Below are positions 49,438 through 60,189 of a stretch of DNA of 64,000 nt, piece by piece (the first letter of the stretch is position 1; every line of letters starts with the position of its first letter). The notes beneath the pieces are model-generated. The model was not told the DNA's origin and did no database searches. It saw only the letters and a list, made by a program, of their open reading frames with translations. The stretch covers positions 1,728,001-1,792,000 of the forward strand of contig OY969585.1 of assembly GCA_963701295.1 (NCBI GenBank), given 5' to 3'. Source of the DNA: Ignavibacteriota bacterium. Lineage in GTDB: Bacteria > Bacteroidota > Ignavibacteria > UBA10030. A program made the translations under genes and the position numbers.

Positions 49438-52400
49438 TTGAAGTCAATTTCTTTTTTCTTGATTGCATTTTATATTTGTGTAGTACAAACGTTCGCACAA
49501 GACAGTGTTGATGTAACATTTCGATATAAACCTACGGTTTCCGCGACACGAGTTTATGTTCCAGGTGAATTCAATTCTTGGGCAAATAATAGCTCTGGGA
49601 CAATATCTTCAAGTAATACAAATGCTGTTATGACCTTTGACAACGCATCACGATCGTGGTACCGAACGGTTAGATTACTTGTCGGGTGGATCGGAGGTGC
49701 AATTAATGGCGCGTATCAGTATAAATTTAATGTCAACGGAACAAGCGATGGTTGGACAAATGATCCACTTAATCCACGAACAAATCCAGACGATAACAAC
49801 AATTCCTTTCTTTATGTGAAGGATCCAACGATCTATCAATTCATTCCGAATCAAGTTTCTGGACTTGTAAGAACAGGTACGCCGGTGATTACAGCTTATA
49901 TTTTTCCCAAAGTTGGCGCATCTGTAGATACATCTACCATCAGTATAACGATAGATGGAACACAATATAAAAACATTGGCGCTCATTACGATACATCGTC
50001 AAAACAGTTGACTTTTCCAATACCATCATCCCTCCAAAACGGGAAGCATATAGTATTTCTTTCAGTCGGCTCTTCGGCAGGCGGTACAAATGCTGATACT
50101 GTCAACTTTACGACGCAAGCCGGTTTTATTCAGATCACGACACAGGGAGGATATGTTACATACAATCCTATAAGAATGATTCGCGGTGTCGTGATGGATA
50201 CGTCTATTCACAGTGTAAAACTTATTCGCAATTCTATAGATACAACAAACGTTTCCGTTTCAAATGGATTGTACAGTATCATCGATACATTGGTCGAAGG
50301 AATGAACAGTTTCAAAGCAATTGTTGATGCGAACGGAGCATTTGTGAGTTCCGATTCAATAATGTTTACATTGTGTATAAATCACACGCCATATGCAAAA
50401 GCATTGATGAGCTCCTATACATCAAGTCAAGTAACGTTGAGTGCCGTGGGCAGTACTGATCCGGATGGGAAGACACTGACCTTTACGTGGATAGACGATG
50501 CCAAAACTCCATTACGGCTCAATGGCCAACACGGTTCAACTGTAACGATAACAAAGCCAACACAACCCGGTGAATATTATTTTTATTTAGCTGCGTCTAA
50601 CTCTTCCGGTTTGACAGATACGATACGTTCATATTTTACAATTAATGACGATGGTTCATGCACGAGTCCGACAATTGTCAGCAATCCGGAATGGGCGAAA
50701 CGTGCACGCGTCTATTTTCTTTTTCCGAAAGCCTTCACATCAACAGGAACAATTCCTGCAGCGGCGCAGCGTCTTCAATACATTCATGATATGGGATTCA
50801 ATGTTATTTGGATGATGCCCGTGATGAAGAATGCCTACCCGATAGATCAGCATTACGGACCGGGCTATAATATAGTGGATTTCTATACTGTCGCACCGGA
50901 GTATGGCACGAATAACGATTTTAAAAATTTCGTTTCACAAGCACATTCACTAGGAGTAAAAGTTATTCTCGATGTAACACCGAATCATACAAGCCGATTT
51001 CATCCATGGTCTGTAGATGCACATTTATTTCATGAAGATTCGCAGTATTGGACATGGTACGAACATAATGAAATAACAGCTAATACAAACGGACTTGGCG
51101 ATGCACTGGATGCAGATGGATTCAATTACTACAGCGGCTTCAGCGATCAGTTATTGAATTACAATTGGAAAGATATCGATGCGCGTACTGAAATGATCAA
51201 CGCGTACAAATACTGGATCAAGTATTTGGATCTGGATGGCTATCGGTTCGACGTGTATTGGGGACCGCATCGCCGTTATGGCGAAGTGTATATGGGAGAT
51301 CCGGTTCGTGAAGCTCTGAAGCATATTAAACCGGATATTCTACTTCTTGGCGAAGATGACGGTACCGGTGTAGGCACACAATATATCTATGCCGACGCGG
51401 GCGGTGGTCTTGATGCAGCGTATGATTTTAAATTGTATTTCAATGATATCGAAAGTTTTGGATTCACATCTGCGGCTGTAGATAATCTCGATGCTGATGT
51501 CAGTAATAACGGTTATTACCCTGGTCCAAATTCACTCTATATGAGATTCATGGAATCGCAGGACGAGGATCGTATTACATATTTCTATTCCAATGGCAAT
51601 TCGCTTGATGCAACGACTACCTTCAACCGTACTAAGCCGATGGCAACTACAATATTTTCTGTGCCTGGTTTTCCGATGATCTGGAACGGTCAAGAAGTGG
51701 GTTGGGGATACGGAATTTCCGGTGCGAAAGAAGATCGTAACCGCAGCACCATTGGGTGGAATTTTCAAGGAGGACCAATTCTCATTCCGCATTATCAACG
51801 ACTCGCTTGGATTCGCGGTACGTTCCCGGCGTTTGCGACTCAAATATTTGAACGCATCGAAACTGGAAATGGTACTGTGTACGGCATTTTGCGAAAGTAT
51901 CAAAACGAAAATGCAATCTCATTATGTAATTTTGGAAATGTGAGTGCATCGGTTTCGTTAACGCTGACTGCAACCGGAACGCCGAATGTGCTGCTGCCAG
52001 ACCCGCAAGATGGAAAAACATTTTACGCGAGTGATGTATATAATGACTCGATATATCAAATTACGTTCACGAGCGGGACGACAAATTTTTCTATGAATAT
52101 TCCTGCATATGGTTCTGCAGTATTGATTATATCTGATTCGGTGAAGAAAATATCTATGCCGACAATAACCTCTGTGAAAACGAATACTGCTGCTTTATTA
52201 CCGACAGCATTTGAACTATATCAAAACTATCCTAATCCATTCAATCCAAGTACCACCATCCAATTTGCTGTCCCCAAAACTGGACGATTGAGTATACGCA
52301 TTTTTAATTTGCTTGGCGAAGAAATTGCTGTGATTGCAAATGGTAACTATACAGCAGGTATGTATCAAGTAATATGGGATGGGCACATCCACGATGGTTT

Positions 52401-52482
52401 AACTGCATCCTCCGGCGTTTATTTTGTACATCTCGAAGCTGGTACTTACATGGCTACGAAGAAAATTGTTCTCATGAAATAA
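49438..52482 (+). CDS. Secreted multidomain GH13 alpha-amylase-family enzyme (CBM48-like, Ig/PKD-like, GH13, T9SS CTD)
   Basis: VTFRY..VYVPGEFNSW..YQYKF..W.NDPLNP; STDPDG; catalytic regions DVTPNH, GYRFDV, LLGE and FMESQD; CTD LYQNYPNPFNP. Confidence 0.9.
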   Translation: MKSISFFLIAFYICVVQTFAQDSVDVTFRYKPTVSATRVYVPGEFNSWANNSSGTISSSNTNAVMTFDNASRSWYRTVRLLVGWIGGAINGAYQYKFNVNGTSDGWTNDPLNPRTNPDDNNNSFLYVKDPTIYQFIPNQVSGLVRTGTPVITAYIFPKVGASVDTSTISITIDGTQYKNIGAHYDTSSKQLTFPIPSSLQNGKHIVFLSVGSSAGGTNADTVNFTTQAGFIQITTQGGYVTYNPIRMIRGVVMDTSIHSVKLIRNSIDTTNVSVSNGLYSIIDTLVEGMNSFKAIVDANGAFVSSDSIMFTLCINHTPYAKALMSSYTSSQVTLSAVGSTDPDGKTLTFTWIDDAKTPLRLNGQHGSTVTITKPTQPGEYYFYLAASNSSGLTDTIRSYFTINDDGSCTSPTIVSNPEWAKRARVYFLFPKAFTSTGTIPAAAQRLQYIHDMGFNVIWMMPVMKNAYPIDQHYGPGYNIVDFYTVAPEYGTNNDFKNFVSQAHSLGVKVILDVTPNHTSRFHPWSVDAHLFHEDSQYWTWYEHNEITANTNGLGDALDADGFNYYSGFSDQLLNYNWKDIDARTEMINAYKYWIKYLDLDGYRFDVYWGPHRRYGEVYMGDPVREALKHIKPDILLLGEDDGTGVGTQYIYADAGGGLDAAYDFKLYFNDIESFGFTSAAVDNLDADVSNNGYYPGPNSLYMRFMESQDEDRITYFYSNGNSLDATTTFNRTKPMATTIFSVPGFPMIWNGQEVGWGYGISGAKEDRNRSTIGWNFQGGPILIPHYQRLAWIRGTFPAFATQIFERIETGNGTVYGILRKYQNENAISLCNFGNVSASVSLTLTATGTPNVLLPDPQDGKTFYASDVYNDSIYQITFTSGTTNFSMNIPAYGSAVLIISDSVKKISMPTITSVKTNTAALLPTAFELYQNYPNPFNPSTTIQFAVPKTGRLSIRIFNLLGEEIAVIANGNYTAGMYQVIWDGHIHDGLTASSGVYFVHLEAGTYMATKKIVLMK

Positions 52483-52496
52483 AAGCAAACAATACG

Positions 52497-54860
52497 ATGA
52501 GTCGATCCATCTTCAAGAAGTATATCCTTCCCATCTTTTGCAGTTCCTTAATGTTCTCAACGATACTTGCACAGCCACGGAACCAAATAGATAGTATGAG
52601 TTTTACTCGAGTAGGCCAACGTCAGACAGTCACTTCATCCCATGACTCATGTCCAAAGACAGGTAAGCCCCTTTATCTGAATATTATCTGGCATCAACAT
52701 CAACCACTCTACCTTGACCCGGCGAAAGATCAGTTGCAGGGGCCCTGGGTGAGAACTCATGGAACCAAAGATTATTACGATATGGCCGCGCTGGTGGGGA
52801 AATATCCGGAGATTCATTGCACGATCAACCTTACGTCGTCGTTGTTATATCAGCTTGATGATTACTATGTTCAAAGATTGAAACCATTCGTTGATCTGAA
52901 AAAAAATCGGATTGATTCGAAAAAGTTTCTGAACGAATATGGGGGAAAAACCGATCCGTGGATCGATCTGGCGTTGAAACCGACAGCAGAATTTACCGGG
53001 GATGAACTCTCGTTCTTATTATACAACCTGTGGAATGCATTTGGGATCAGCGATGTTATGATCAATCGCTTTCCACAGTACAACGCTCTGAAGGAAAAAT
53101 ATAAGACTTTCGGTGTGGGGAACCTTTCTCAGCAGGATCGTCGTGACATAAAGTTCTGGTTCTTTTTAGCATATTTCGATCCAGATTTCTTTGAACAACG
53201 CATAGCACTTGCGAATGGGCTGACCGTCGATGTACGGGATCTCATCGAAAAACGAAGTGATGGAACTTATACACTGAAAAAGACCATCAGTGAAGATGAC
53301 TGCAATAGGATTATCGCCGAGACGTACAAAATACTTTCAGCGATTATACCAATCCATAAAAAGCTCATGTATCATCCTGATTCGTATAAAGGTCAAATAG
53401 AGATTGTTACGACTCCGTTTTACCACCCTATTCTCCCTTTAATCTATGACAGCGATTTAGAAAAAATCTGTCAACCAAACGACCCAGTCCCTTCCCGATT
53501 TCACTACCCGCAAGATGCGGATGCCCAGGTAGCAAAAGCTGTTGCCTACTATACAAAACAGTTTGGTATACCTCCGACAGGGATGTGGCCAGGTGAAGGA
53601 TCAGTTGCCAACGATGTCATTCCGATTTTTACAGCACACAAAATCACATGGATAGCTACGGATGAAAAAATATTAGCCCGTTCAACGCCGAATAACCAGC
53701 CGAAGTACTATCCATACACTTTACAAAGCGATACTGACAGAAATCAGGGCATCGTTGTTGTTTTTAGGGATACAGAGCTCTCGGATAAGATTGGTTTCAC
53801 ATATAAAAATTATCATGGCGAAGATGCAGCAGGTGATTTTGTGAAAAGTGTGTCGAAGTATGTACCGAGAGAGGATGATTCTGATCGACTTCTCACTGTC
53901 ATTTTGGATGGCGAAAATGCATGGGAATCGTATCGGTATGATAACGATGGGAAAGAATTTCTCAATGCACTGTACAGAAAGCTGTCCGGGTTATACGAAA
54001 CAAATCAGGTGAAAACCGTGACGGTAACAGAATATATTAAAGGAAACCCAAAACGAAATATTCCTGCGCATCCTCTGGTTTCAATTCCAAAACTTCAATG
54101 GCTCTGGCCCGGCTCGTGGATCAATGCAAATTACGACACATGGATTGGTGAAGTTGAGGAGAATCAAGCGTGGGAATATCTTCTCACAGCCAGAAAAGAC
54201 CTTGAACAATCGGGTTTACAGGCGCCTGATCCGAAAGCTCTCGCTCCAAAAAAAGGAACACAATCCTGGTTTGCCTACAAGGCATGGGAATCGATGTACG
54301 CCGCTGAAGGATCCGATTGGTTCTGGTGGTATGGCGATGATCAAACTGCTCCCGGAGGAGACAAACCGTTTGATAGGGCATTCATTACTTTGATCAAGAA
54401 TGTTTACAGCTTTTCGCAACAAACAGGTGTAGAAATGCCAACAAGAGAATTTCTGCCAATCATTGTTGATAATGTAGATGCCGTAGGTAAGGAACAGGGA
54501 ACGATGGCACAAAGCAAAAAGGATATGGTAACCGTGCTCTTTCAGGTTGATGCGACAAAAATTCAAGTTCCGAAATCAATTTACATCGTCGGCAATCTCA
54601 ATGAACTTGGCAATTGGACACCCAATCTTATTAAGATGTATGACGATGGAACGCATGGTGATGAGAAAAAAGGCGACGGTATTTGGTCGATTGAATTGCT
54701 GGTGCCATTGAATATCAAAGTGGAATATAAATATACCAATAGCGGCTACGAGGGTGTCTGGGTGCCGAGCGAAGAGTTTCCGGCGAATAATCGTGAACTT
54801 ATGATTACAGCAAAGCCAGGCGAGCGCCAGTCTGTCAAAGATATATTCGGTTTAAAATAA
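52497..54860 (+). CDS. GH57 amylopullulanase-like enzyme with C-terminal CBM20-like module
   Basis: GH57 conserved regions WHQHQP, GQIEIVTTPFYHPILP, MWPGEG, ILDGENAWE and AEGSDWFWW. C-terminal IYIVGNLNELGNW..EYKY. Signal peptide from the re-called ATG 52497. Confidence 0.9.
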   Translation: MSRSIFKKYILPIFCSSLMFSTILAQPRNQIDSMSFTRVGQRQTVTSSHDSCPKTGKPLYLNIIWHQHQPLYLDPAKDQLQGPWVRTHGTKDYYDMAALVGKYPEIHCTINLTSSLLYQLDDYYVQRLKPFVDLKKNRIDSKKFLNEYGGKTDPWIDLALKPTAEFTGDELSFLLYNLWNAFGISDVMINRFPQYNALKEKYKTFGVGNLSQQDRRDIKFWFFLAYFDPDFFEQRIALANGLTVDVRDLIEKRSDGTYTLKKTISEDDCNRIIAETYKILSAIIPIHKKLMYHPDSYKGQIEIVTTPFYHPILPLIYDSDLEKICQPNDPVPSRFHYPQDADAQVAKAVAYYTKQFGIPPTGMWPGEGSVANDVIPIFTAHKITWIATDEKILARSTPNNQPKYYPYTLQSDTDRNQGIVVVFRDTELSDKIGFTYKNYHGEDAAGDFVKSVSKYVPREDDSDRLLTVILDGENAWESYRYDNDGKEFLNALYRKLSGLYETNQVKTVTVTEYIKGNPKRNIPAHPLVSIPKLQWLWPGSWINANYDTWIGEVEENQAWEYLLTARKDLEQSGLQAPDPKALAPKKGTQSWFAYKAWESMYAAEGSDWFWWYGDDQTAPGGDKPFDRAFITLIKNVYSFSQQTGVEMPTREFLPIIVDNVDAVGKEQGTMAQSKKDMVTVLFQVDATKIQVPKSIYIVGNLNELGNWTPNLIKMYDDGTHGDEKKGDGIWSIELLVPLNIKVEYKYTNSGYEGVWVPSEEFPANNRELMITAKPGERQSVKDIFGLK

Positions 54861-54880
54861 ACCTATCAAAGGAAACATGC

Positions 54881-56167
54881 ATGCGGCGCATTCAAGAACA
54901 ACTGACAAAATCATTCTACGTGTTACTCAGTTTACCGTCAACGGCAATGGGATTTGCACTCTCCATACAAATATCTGCGTTGAGCTGGCTGCTGACTACG
55001 AAATACAATCTCCACATCGATGAAGTCGGATTTGTGTGGGCAGCCGGACCGCTTGCCGGAATTTTTGGTCAAGTCTTAATCGGATTAATTAGCGATAAGG
55101 TCTGGTTCTGGGGTGGACGCCGCCGTCCGTTCGTGTTGATTGGCGGAGTGCTTGCATCGGGAATGCTCTTAGCGTTGCCGAACATCGGTATCATAAGTGG
55201 AAAACTGGGTATAGGCAGCTTGCTGGTGGTCGCAATTGCGGTGGCATTGACGCTCGATCTGGCGATCAACATCAGTTTCAATCCGACCCGCTCCATCATT
55301 GCTGATGTGACACCAGAAGGGAATCCGCGCACCAAGGGATACACTTGGATGCAAACCATCTCCGGCTTTTTTGGTGTGCTGGCATATGTTATTGGTGCAA
55401 CACTTGGGAATTACGTTCTCATCTATGTTGGCGTGGTGCTCGTGTTTCTCTTTTCTATCGTTCCGATGTTCTTTATTACTGAAAATAGAGAGCTCAAAAC
55501 CGCCGAGGAAGAAGCGAAGAGCAAGACAGCAACGGAATGGGGGCAGCTCTTTAGAGTTTATTTCGCGCATGGATTTTCATGGATCGGTATTCAAACCATG
55601 TTTGTCTACATTATTGCTTTTATTCAACAAAAATACTTTTCAGGTGTGACTGATCAAGAAATTATCAATGCACATTCGGGGCAGATTATTGCAATCGCGT
55701 TTGCAGTTCTGAATACTATTGGGTTTATCCTACCGGCATTTGTTCTCGAGCCTCTTGTCGAAAAGATAGGCCGTGTGAAGACGCATATACTCTGTGTTGC
55801 GATTATGTCGTTGGGATATTTTGGAATTGTTTTCCTCGGCAGCACACCAATGATTCTCTATGTACTGATGGCTGTCGCCGGTATTGGCTGGGCAGCAGTG
55901 GTAAGCTTGCCATTTGCAATTATGACGGAAAAGATCGATCAGAGCAGGACAGGATTCTTTATGGGCATATTCAATCTGTCAGTTGTTTTACCCCAATTAT
56001 TGGTAAGTCTGTTCGTCGGAACTATCATCAAAAATGCCATTGACAAAAATATTATTTTCATTATAAGTAGTGTGTCGCTGGCACTATCCGCATTGCTCTG
56101 GATGATGGTGAAGGAAAAACGGATTGACGGTAGAGCAAAATCATCTGTGTGGCCTTCGTCGCATTAA
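54881..56167 (+). CDS. MFS transporter, SLC45/sucrose-maltose type
   Basis: WAAGPLAG..IGLISDK..GRRRPF, INISFNPTRSIIAD and MGIFNLSVVLPQ; about 12 TM segments. Confidence 0.88.
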   Translation: MRRIQEQLTKSFYVLLSLPSTAMGFALSIQISALSWLLTTKYNLHIDEVGFVWAAGPLAGIFGQVLIGLISDKVWFWGGRRRPFVLIGGVLASGMLLALPNIGIISGKLGIGSLLVVAIAVALTLDLAINISFNPTRSIIADVTPEGNPRTKGYTWMQTISGFFGVLAYVIGATLGNYVLIYVGVVLVFLFSIVPMFFITENRELKTAEEEAKSKTATEWGQLFRVYFAHGFSWIGIQTMFVYIIAFIQQKYFSGVTDQEIINAHSGQIIAIAFAVLNTIGFILPAFVLEPLVEKIGRVKTHILCVAIMSLGYFGIVFLGSTPMILYVLMAVAGIGWAAVVSLPFAIMTEKIDQSRTGFFMGIFNLSVVLPQLLVSLFVGTIIKNAIDKNIIFIISSVSLALSALLWMMVKEKRIDGRAKSSVWPSSH

Positions 56168-56193
56168 AAATGAACCGATAATCAAATTGATTT

Positions 56194-58617
56194 ATGAGTA
56201 AAATTGCGAAATTTAAAAGCACGTATGCGATTGTCCTTCTGTTTAACCTGATCGGTTTTTCTGTACAGAATTATGCCCAGGAAATTACCGATCTCATTCA
56301 GCCCGTAAAAATAAGTTACGGGCGAGTGGATACTATTTTGGTGAGCGATCTCTTCTATGCAAAAACATATGATCTAGAATTTGGCGCAAATGATAATGTC
56401 CAAATAAGTTATAATAGAGATCAGAACACAGTTGTCTTTCAACCGGTAAATAATTTCCTTGGTGCGACTTTCGTCGAATTCACTCTTGGAGGTGCGGTAT
56501 ATCAGATTCCCATTATCGTTCAAGGATCAAGTTCATCTCAGCAGCTGCATACATTTTCGTATAAACCGCTGGAGAAGGTGAAAAGAGTAGTAGTGACAGG
56601 AAGCTTCAATAATTGGAGCAGAGAAAAGGATCAGTTGCTTGATAAAGGGAACGGTGTGTATGAATTAACTCTGCCGTTGGATCCCGGAAACTACATCTAC
56701 AAATATATTGTCGATGGGAAAGAAATAGTCGATCCTGTAAATTCCGAAAAAGCGCCGACAGGATTTGATAATTTCAATTCAGTTCTGCGAATCAGTGAAA
56801 CAGATACCGTTCAGATGTTTCTCCATGTCGGTTCATTCAAAGAGTCAAAGGATCGAGTGTCCTTATCATTTATCTATGAAAACTCTGTTGATTCATCATC
56901 TCTCAATAGCAAAGAGATTATCGCGCTCTTAGATAATCAAAAAGTCAACTCAAAAAAAGTTACTCTCGAAGCAAACACGATCAACATTCAATTGACAAAG
57001 AAAGAACTCAAAGGAGAGAAAACGCTTCGAGTACTTGTTTCTCGGAAATGTAAAACAACCAACATACAACAAGCGATCCTTTATAATGGAATTCCTACGG
57101 GACAGTCAACATCTCTGTGGTCCTGGTATGATGGTTCGATCTATTCTATTATGATTGATCGCTTTGCTGATGGTGATAAAACAAACGATAAACCTGTTGT
57201 GCACGATTCCATCTTTTATCCGGCAAATTATCAGGGAGGGGATTTCAAAGGAATCATCAACAAAATTGAGGAAGGGTATTTTGATTCATTGGGCATCAAT
57301 ATACTTTGGATTTCCCCTGTCAACGATAATCCGGATGTTGCTTTCCGCGAGTATCCTCCCCCGCACCGATGGTATAGCGGTTACCATGGCTACTGGCCAA
57401 TCAGCGAGAAGAGAGTTGAAGAGAAATTTGGCACGATGAGGGATTTAAAGCAACTGGTTGCAAAAGCACATAAGCATAAAATAAAAGTATTGTTGGATTT
57501 TGTTGCTCATCATGTGCATATCGATCACCCTTTCTACAAGAAACATCCTGAATGGTTCGGCACTTTGGATTTACCCGACGGAAGGAAAAATTTACGTCTT
57601 TGGGATGAACAGCGGCTAACGACATGGTTCGAACCCTATATGCCATCGTTTGACTTTACGAAATCAGTAGAAGCGTTGAACGTGGTTTCCAATAATGCAA
57701 TCTGGTGGTTGAAAGAAACTGGTGCCGATGGATTTCGTCATGATGCAGTGAAGCATGTTCCTAATAGTTTCTGGCGGACACTGACACGGAAACTTAAAGA
57801 ACAGATTGAGGTGCCGATGCATAAGAAAGTGTATCAAATTGGCGAAACATTCGGTGAATATGGTCTCATCGGATCGTATGTGAACAACGGCCAGCTCAAC
57901 GCGCAGTTTAATTTCAACCTGTCGTATTTTGCTATTCCTGTCTTCCTTGAAAAAGATCGGTCGTTTTCTGCCATCGATTTTCATATTAAAAAGTCATTCG
58001 ATACGTTTGGATATAACCATATCATGGGAAACATCATGGATAGCCACGATAAGGTGCGTTACATGGCATATGCTGATGGAAAAGTGAAGAATCAAGGTGT
58101 CGATACGCGGGAGATGGCATGGAATAATCCACCAACGGTAGATCATGCCTCGAGCTATAAGAAAGCAGAATTGTACTATGCATACATGTTCACAATTCCA
58201 GGGTTGCCGGTAATTTATTATGGCTCAGAATTTGGCATGACCGGTGTTGACGATCCTGATAATCGCCGCATGATGCGTTTCGGCGACCAGTTATCTATCT
58301 TTGAAAAGAGAATGTTGAAAGAGACGAGCAAGATCGTGAAAATGCGCAATCAGCATTCGGCATTGCGCTACGGTGATTTTTATACGTTGAAAGCAGATAC
58401 CAGCATGTATGCGTATGTGCGTTCCGATTTCCATGAGCGGCTTCTTGTGATTTTAAATAAAACAGAAGGGGCTCAGGAAGTTGTTCTTCATCTTCCGGAT
58501 ATCTATCAAGCTCAACTGTTGATCGACGTGCAAAGCGGAGAGATAGTGCGCATTCACCAACATCAAGCGAGTATTATTGTTCCTTCGATAGGATGGCGTA
58601 TATTTAGTATCAAATAA
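56194..58617 (+). CDS. GH13 alpha-amylase/neopullulanase-like enzyme with CBM48-like module
   Basis: Signal peptide; VTGSFNNW..YIYKYIVDG; IDRFADGD, YQGGDFKG, YHGYW, DFVAHH, GFRHDAVKHV, IGE, DSHD and PVIYYG. Confidence 0.9.
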   Translation: MSKIAKFKSTYAIVLLFNLIGFSVQNYAQEITDLIQPVKISYGRVDTILVSDLFYAKTYDLEFGANDNVQISYNRDQNTVVFQPVNNFLGATFVEFTLGGAVYQIPIIVQGSSSSQQLHTFSYKPLEKVKRVVVTGSFNNWSREKDQLLDKGNGVYELTLPLDPGNYIYKYIVDGKEIVDPVNSEKAPTGFDNFNSVLRISETDTVQMFLHVGSFKESKDRVSLSFIYENSVDSSSLNSKEIIALLDNQKVNSKKVTLEANTINIQLTKKELKGEKTLRVLVSRKCKTTNIQQAILYNGIPTGQSTSLWSWYDGSIYSIMIDRFADGDKTNDKPVVHDSIFYPANYQGGDFKGIINKIEEGYFDSLGINILWISPVNDNPDVAFREYPPPHRWYSGYHGYWPISEKRVEEKFGTMRDLKQLVAKAHKHKIKVLLDFVAHHVHIDHPFYKKHPEWFGTLDLPDGRKNLRLWDEQRLTTWFEPYMPSFDFTKSVEALNVVSNNAIWWLKETGADGFRHDAVKHVPNSFWRTLTRKLKEQIEVPMHKKVYQIGETFGEYGLIGSYVNNGQLNAQFNFNLSYFAIPVFLEKDRSFSAIDFHIKKSFDTFGYNHIMGNIMDSHDKVRYMAYADGKVKNQGVDTREMAWNNPPTVDHASSYKKAELYYAYMFTIPGLPVIYYGSEFGMTGVDDPDNRRMMRFGDQLSIFEKRMLKETSKIVKMRNQHSALRYGDFYTLKADTSMYAYVRSDFHERLLVILNKTEGAQEVVLHLPDIYQAQLLIDVQSGEIVRIHQHQASIIVPSIGWRIFSIK

Positions 58618-58640
58618 TACCATGTTATAATTAGAATATC

Positions 58641-60170
58641 ATGACTAAACCTCGATTAAACTTTTGGCAAATCTGGAACATGAGTTTTGGATTCCTTGGA
58701 ATTCAATTTGGCTTTGCATTACAAAATGCAAACGTCAGCAGAATTTTTGAGACGCTCGGAGCGAAGATTGACGACATTCCGATTCTCTGGATTGCTGCGC
58801 CTGTAACTGGCTTGATTGTTCAACCGATTATCGGACATATGAGTGATAAAACATGGGGAAGGCTTGGACGACGACGACCGTTCTTCTTATCTGGCGCTCT
58901 TGCAGCATCGCTTGCGTTGTTAGTGATGCCGAATTCCCCAGTGCTGTGGGTTGCCGCGGGAATGCTATGGCTTATGGATGCATCCATCAATGTTTCGATG
59001 GAACCATTTCGCGCATTTGTTGGTGATATGCTTCCATCTGAGCAGCGGACGATTGGTTTTTCGATGCAGAGTTTCTTTATTGGCACAGGTGCTGTCATCG
59101 CTTCTGCATTGCCCTATATGATGACGAATTGGTTCGGGATTTCGAATACGGCGCCATCTGGAACTATTCCGGATTCCGTTAAATATTCGTTTTACTTTGG
59201 CGGTGCGATTTTTTTCTGTGCAGTTCTTTGGACGGTTGTCAGAACGAAAGAATATTCACCGGAAGAATTAGCAAATTACTCCAAGGCAGACAGTGATTCT
59301 TCAAAAATGAAAGATGAAAACAGCATAGCTTCTTTTATCTCATCAGAAAAATTCCGACGTGATGGACTTGTCTGGCTTGTTGTTGGATTGGTTGGTTCCT
59401 TGGTAGTATGGTTGGTTTTCCATCAAACTGACTACGGTTTGTATGTCTTGTTCGTTGGTTCGGCAATCTTTGGGATTCTTCAATTGATTGTTTCCATCTT
59501 TACTAAACAAGAAAAGACTGAAAACGGAATGATAACAGTATTTAATGATTTTTACCAGATGCCTAAAACCATGAAACAATTAGCAGTCGTCCAGTTCTTT
59601 TCCTGGTTTGCATTGTTTGCTATGTGGATTTATACGACACCGGCTGTCACACACAATATTTTTGGTGCAACCGATCCAACTTCTGAAATTTATAATAGAG
59701 GAGCCGATTGGGTTGGTGTATTGATGGCAGTCTATAACGGTTTTGCTGCTGTGATGGCATTTGTGCTTGTATGGTTGGCGAAGAAAACTAATCGGAAGAC
59801 AGTCCATTTGATTAGTCTTGTGTGTGGTAGCTTGGCACTTTTTTCTTTTTACTTTATCAAGGATCCGAATTACCTTCTCGTCTCTGAGCTAGGAATCGGA
59901 CTTGCATGGGCTTCAATTCTTGCTATGCCGTATGCGATTCTCGCTGGTTCTCTGCCGGCACAGAAGATGGGTGTGTATATGGGGATCTTCAATTTCTTTA
60001 TTGTCATTCCACAAATTACCGCAGCGGCAATTCTTGGCTGGTATGTAAAGCATGTATGCGCTGGCGATGCGATGTACGCACTTCTGCTTGGCAGTGCTTC
60101 CATGCTTCTTGCCGGACTTCTGGTGCTTCGCGTAAGTGATGTTGATGAAACTGTCATACGTAAAAATTGA
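58641..60170 (+). CDS. MFS maltose/maltodextrin transporter (SLC45-like)
   Basis: FWQIWNMSFGFLGIQFGFALQN, GRRRPF, DASINVSMEPFRAFVGD and MGVYMGIFNFFIVIPQ. Confidence 0.9.
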   Translation: MTKPRLNFWQIWNMSFGFLGIQFGFALQNANVSRIFETLGAKIDDIPILWIAAPVTGLIVQPIIGHMSDKTWGRLGRRRPFFLSGALAASLALLVMPNSPVLWVAAGMLWLMDASINVSMEPFRAFVGDMLPSEQRTIGFSMQSFFIGTGAVIASALPYMMTNWFGISNTAPSGTIPDSVKYSFYFGGAIFFCAVLWTVVRTKEYSPEELANYSKADSDSSKMKDENSIASFISSEKFRRDGLVWLVVGLVGSLVVWLVFHQTDYGLYVLFVGSAIFGILQLIVSIFTKQEKTENGMITVFNDFYQMPKTMKQLAVVQFFSWFALFAMWIYTTPAVTHNIFGATDPTSEIYNRGADWVGVLMAVYNGFAAVMAFVLVWLAKKTNRKTVHLISLVCGSLALFSFYFIKDPNYLLVSELGIGLAWASILAMPYAILAGSLPAQKMGVYMGIFNFFIVIPQITAAAILGWYVKHVCAGDAMYALLLGSASMLLAGLLVLRVSDVDETVIRKN

Positions 60171-60189
60171 ATTGAGGAAGAAGTGAAAA

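Noticed and set aside
52374-52496. Extended N-terminus of the GH57 ORF overlapping the GH13 gene
   Set aside because: It overlaps the upstream CTD coding region by more than 100 bp, and the signal peptide begins at ATG 52497.
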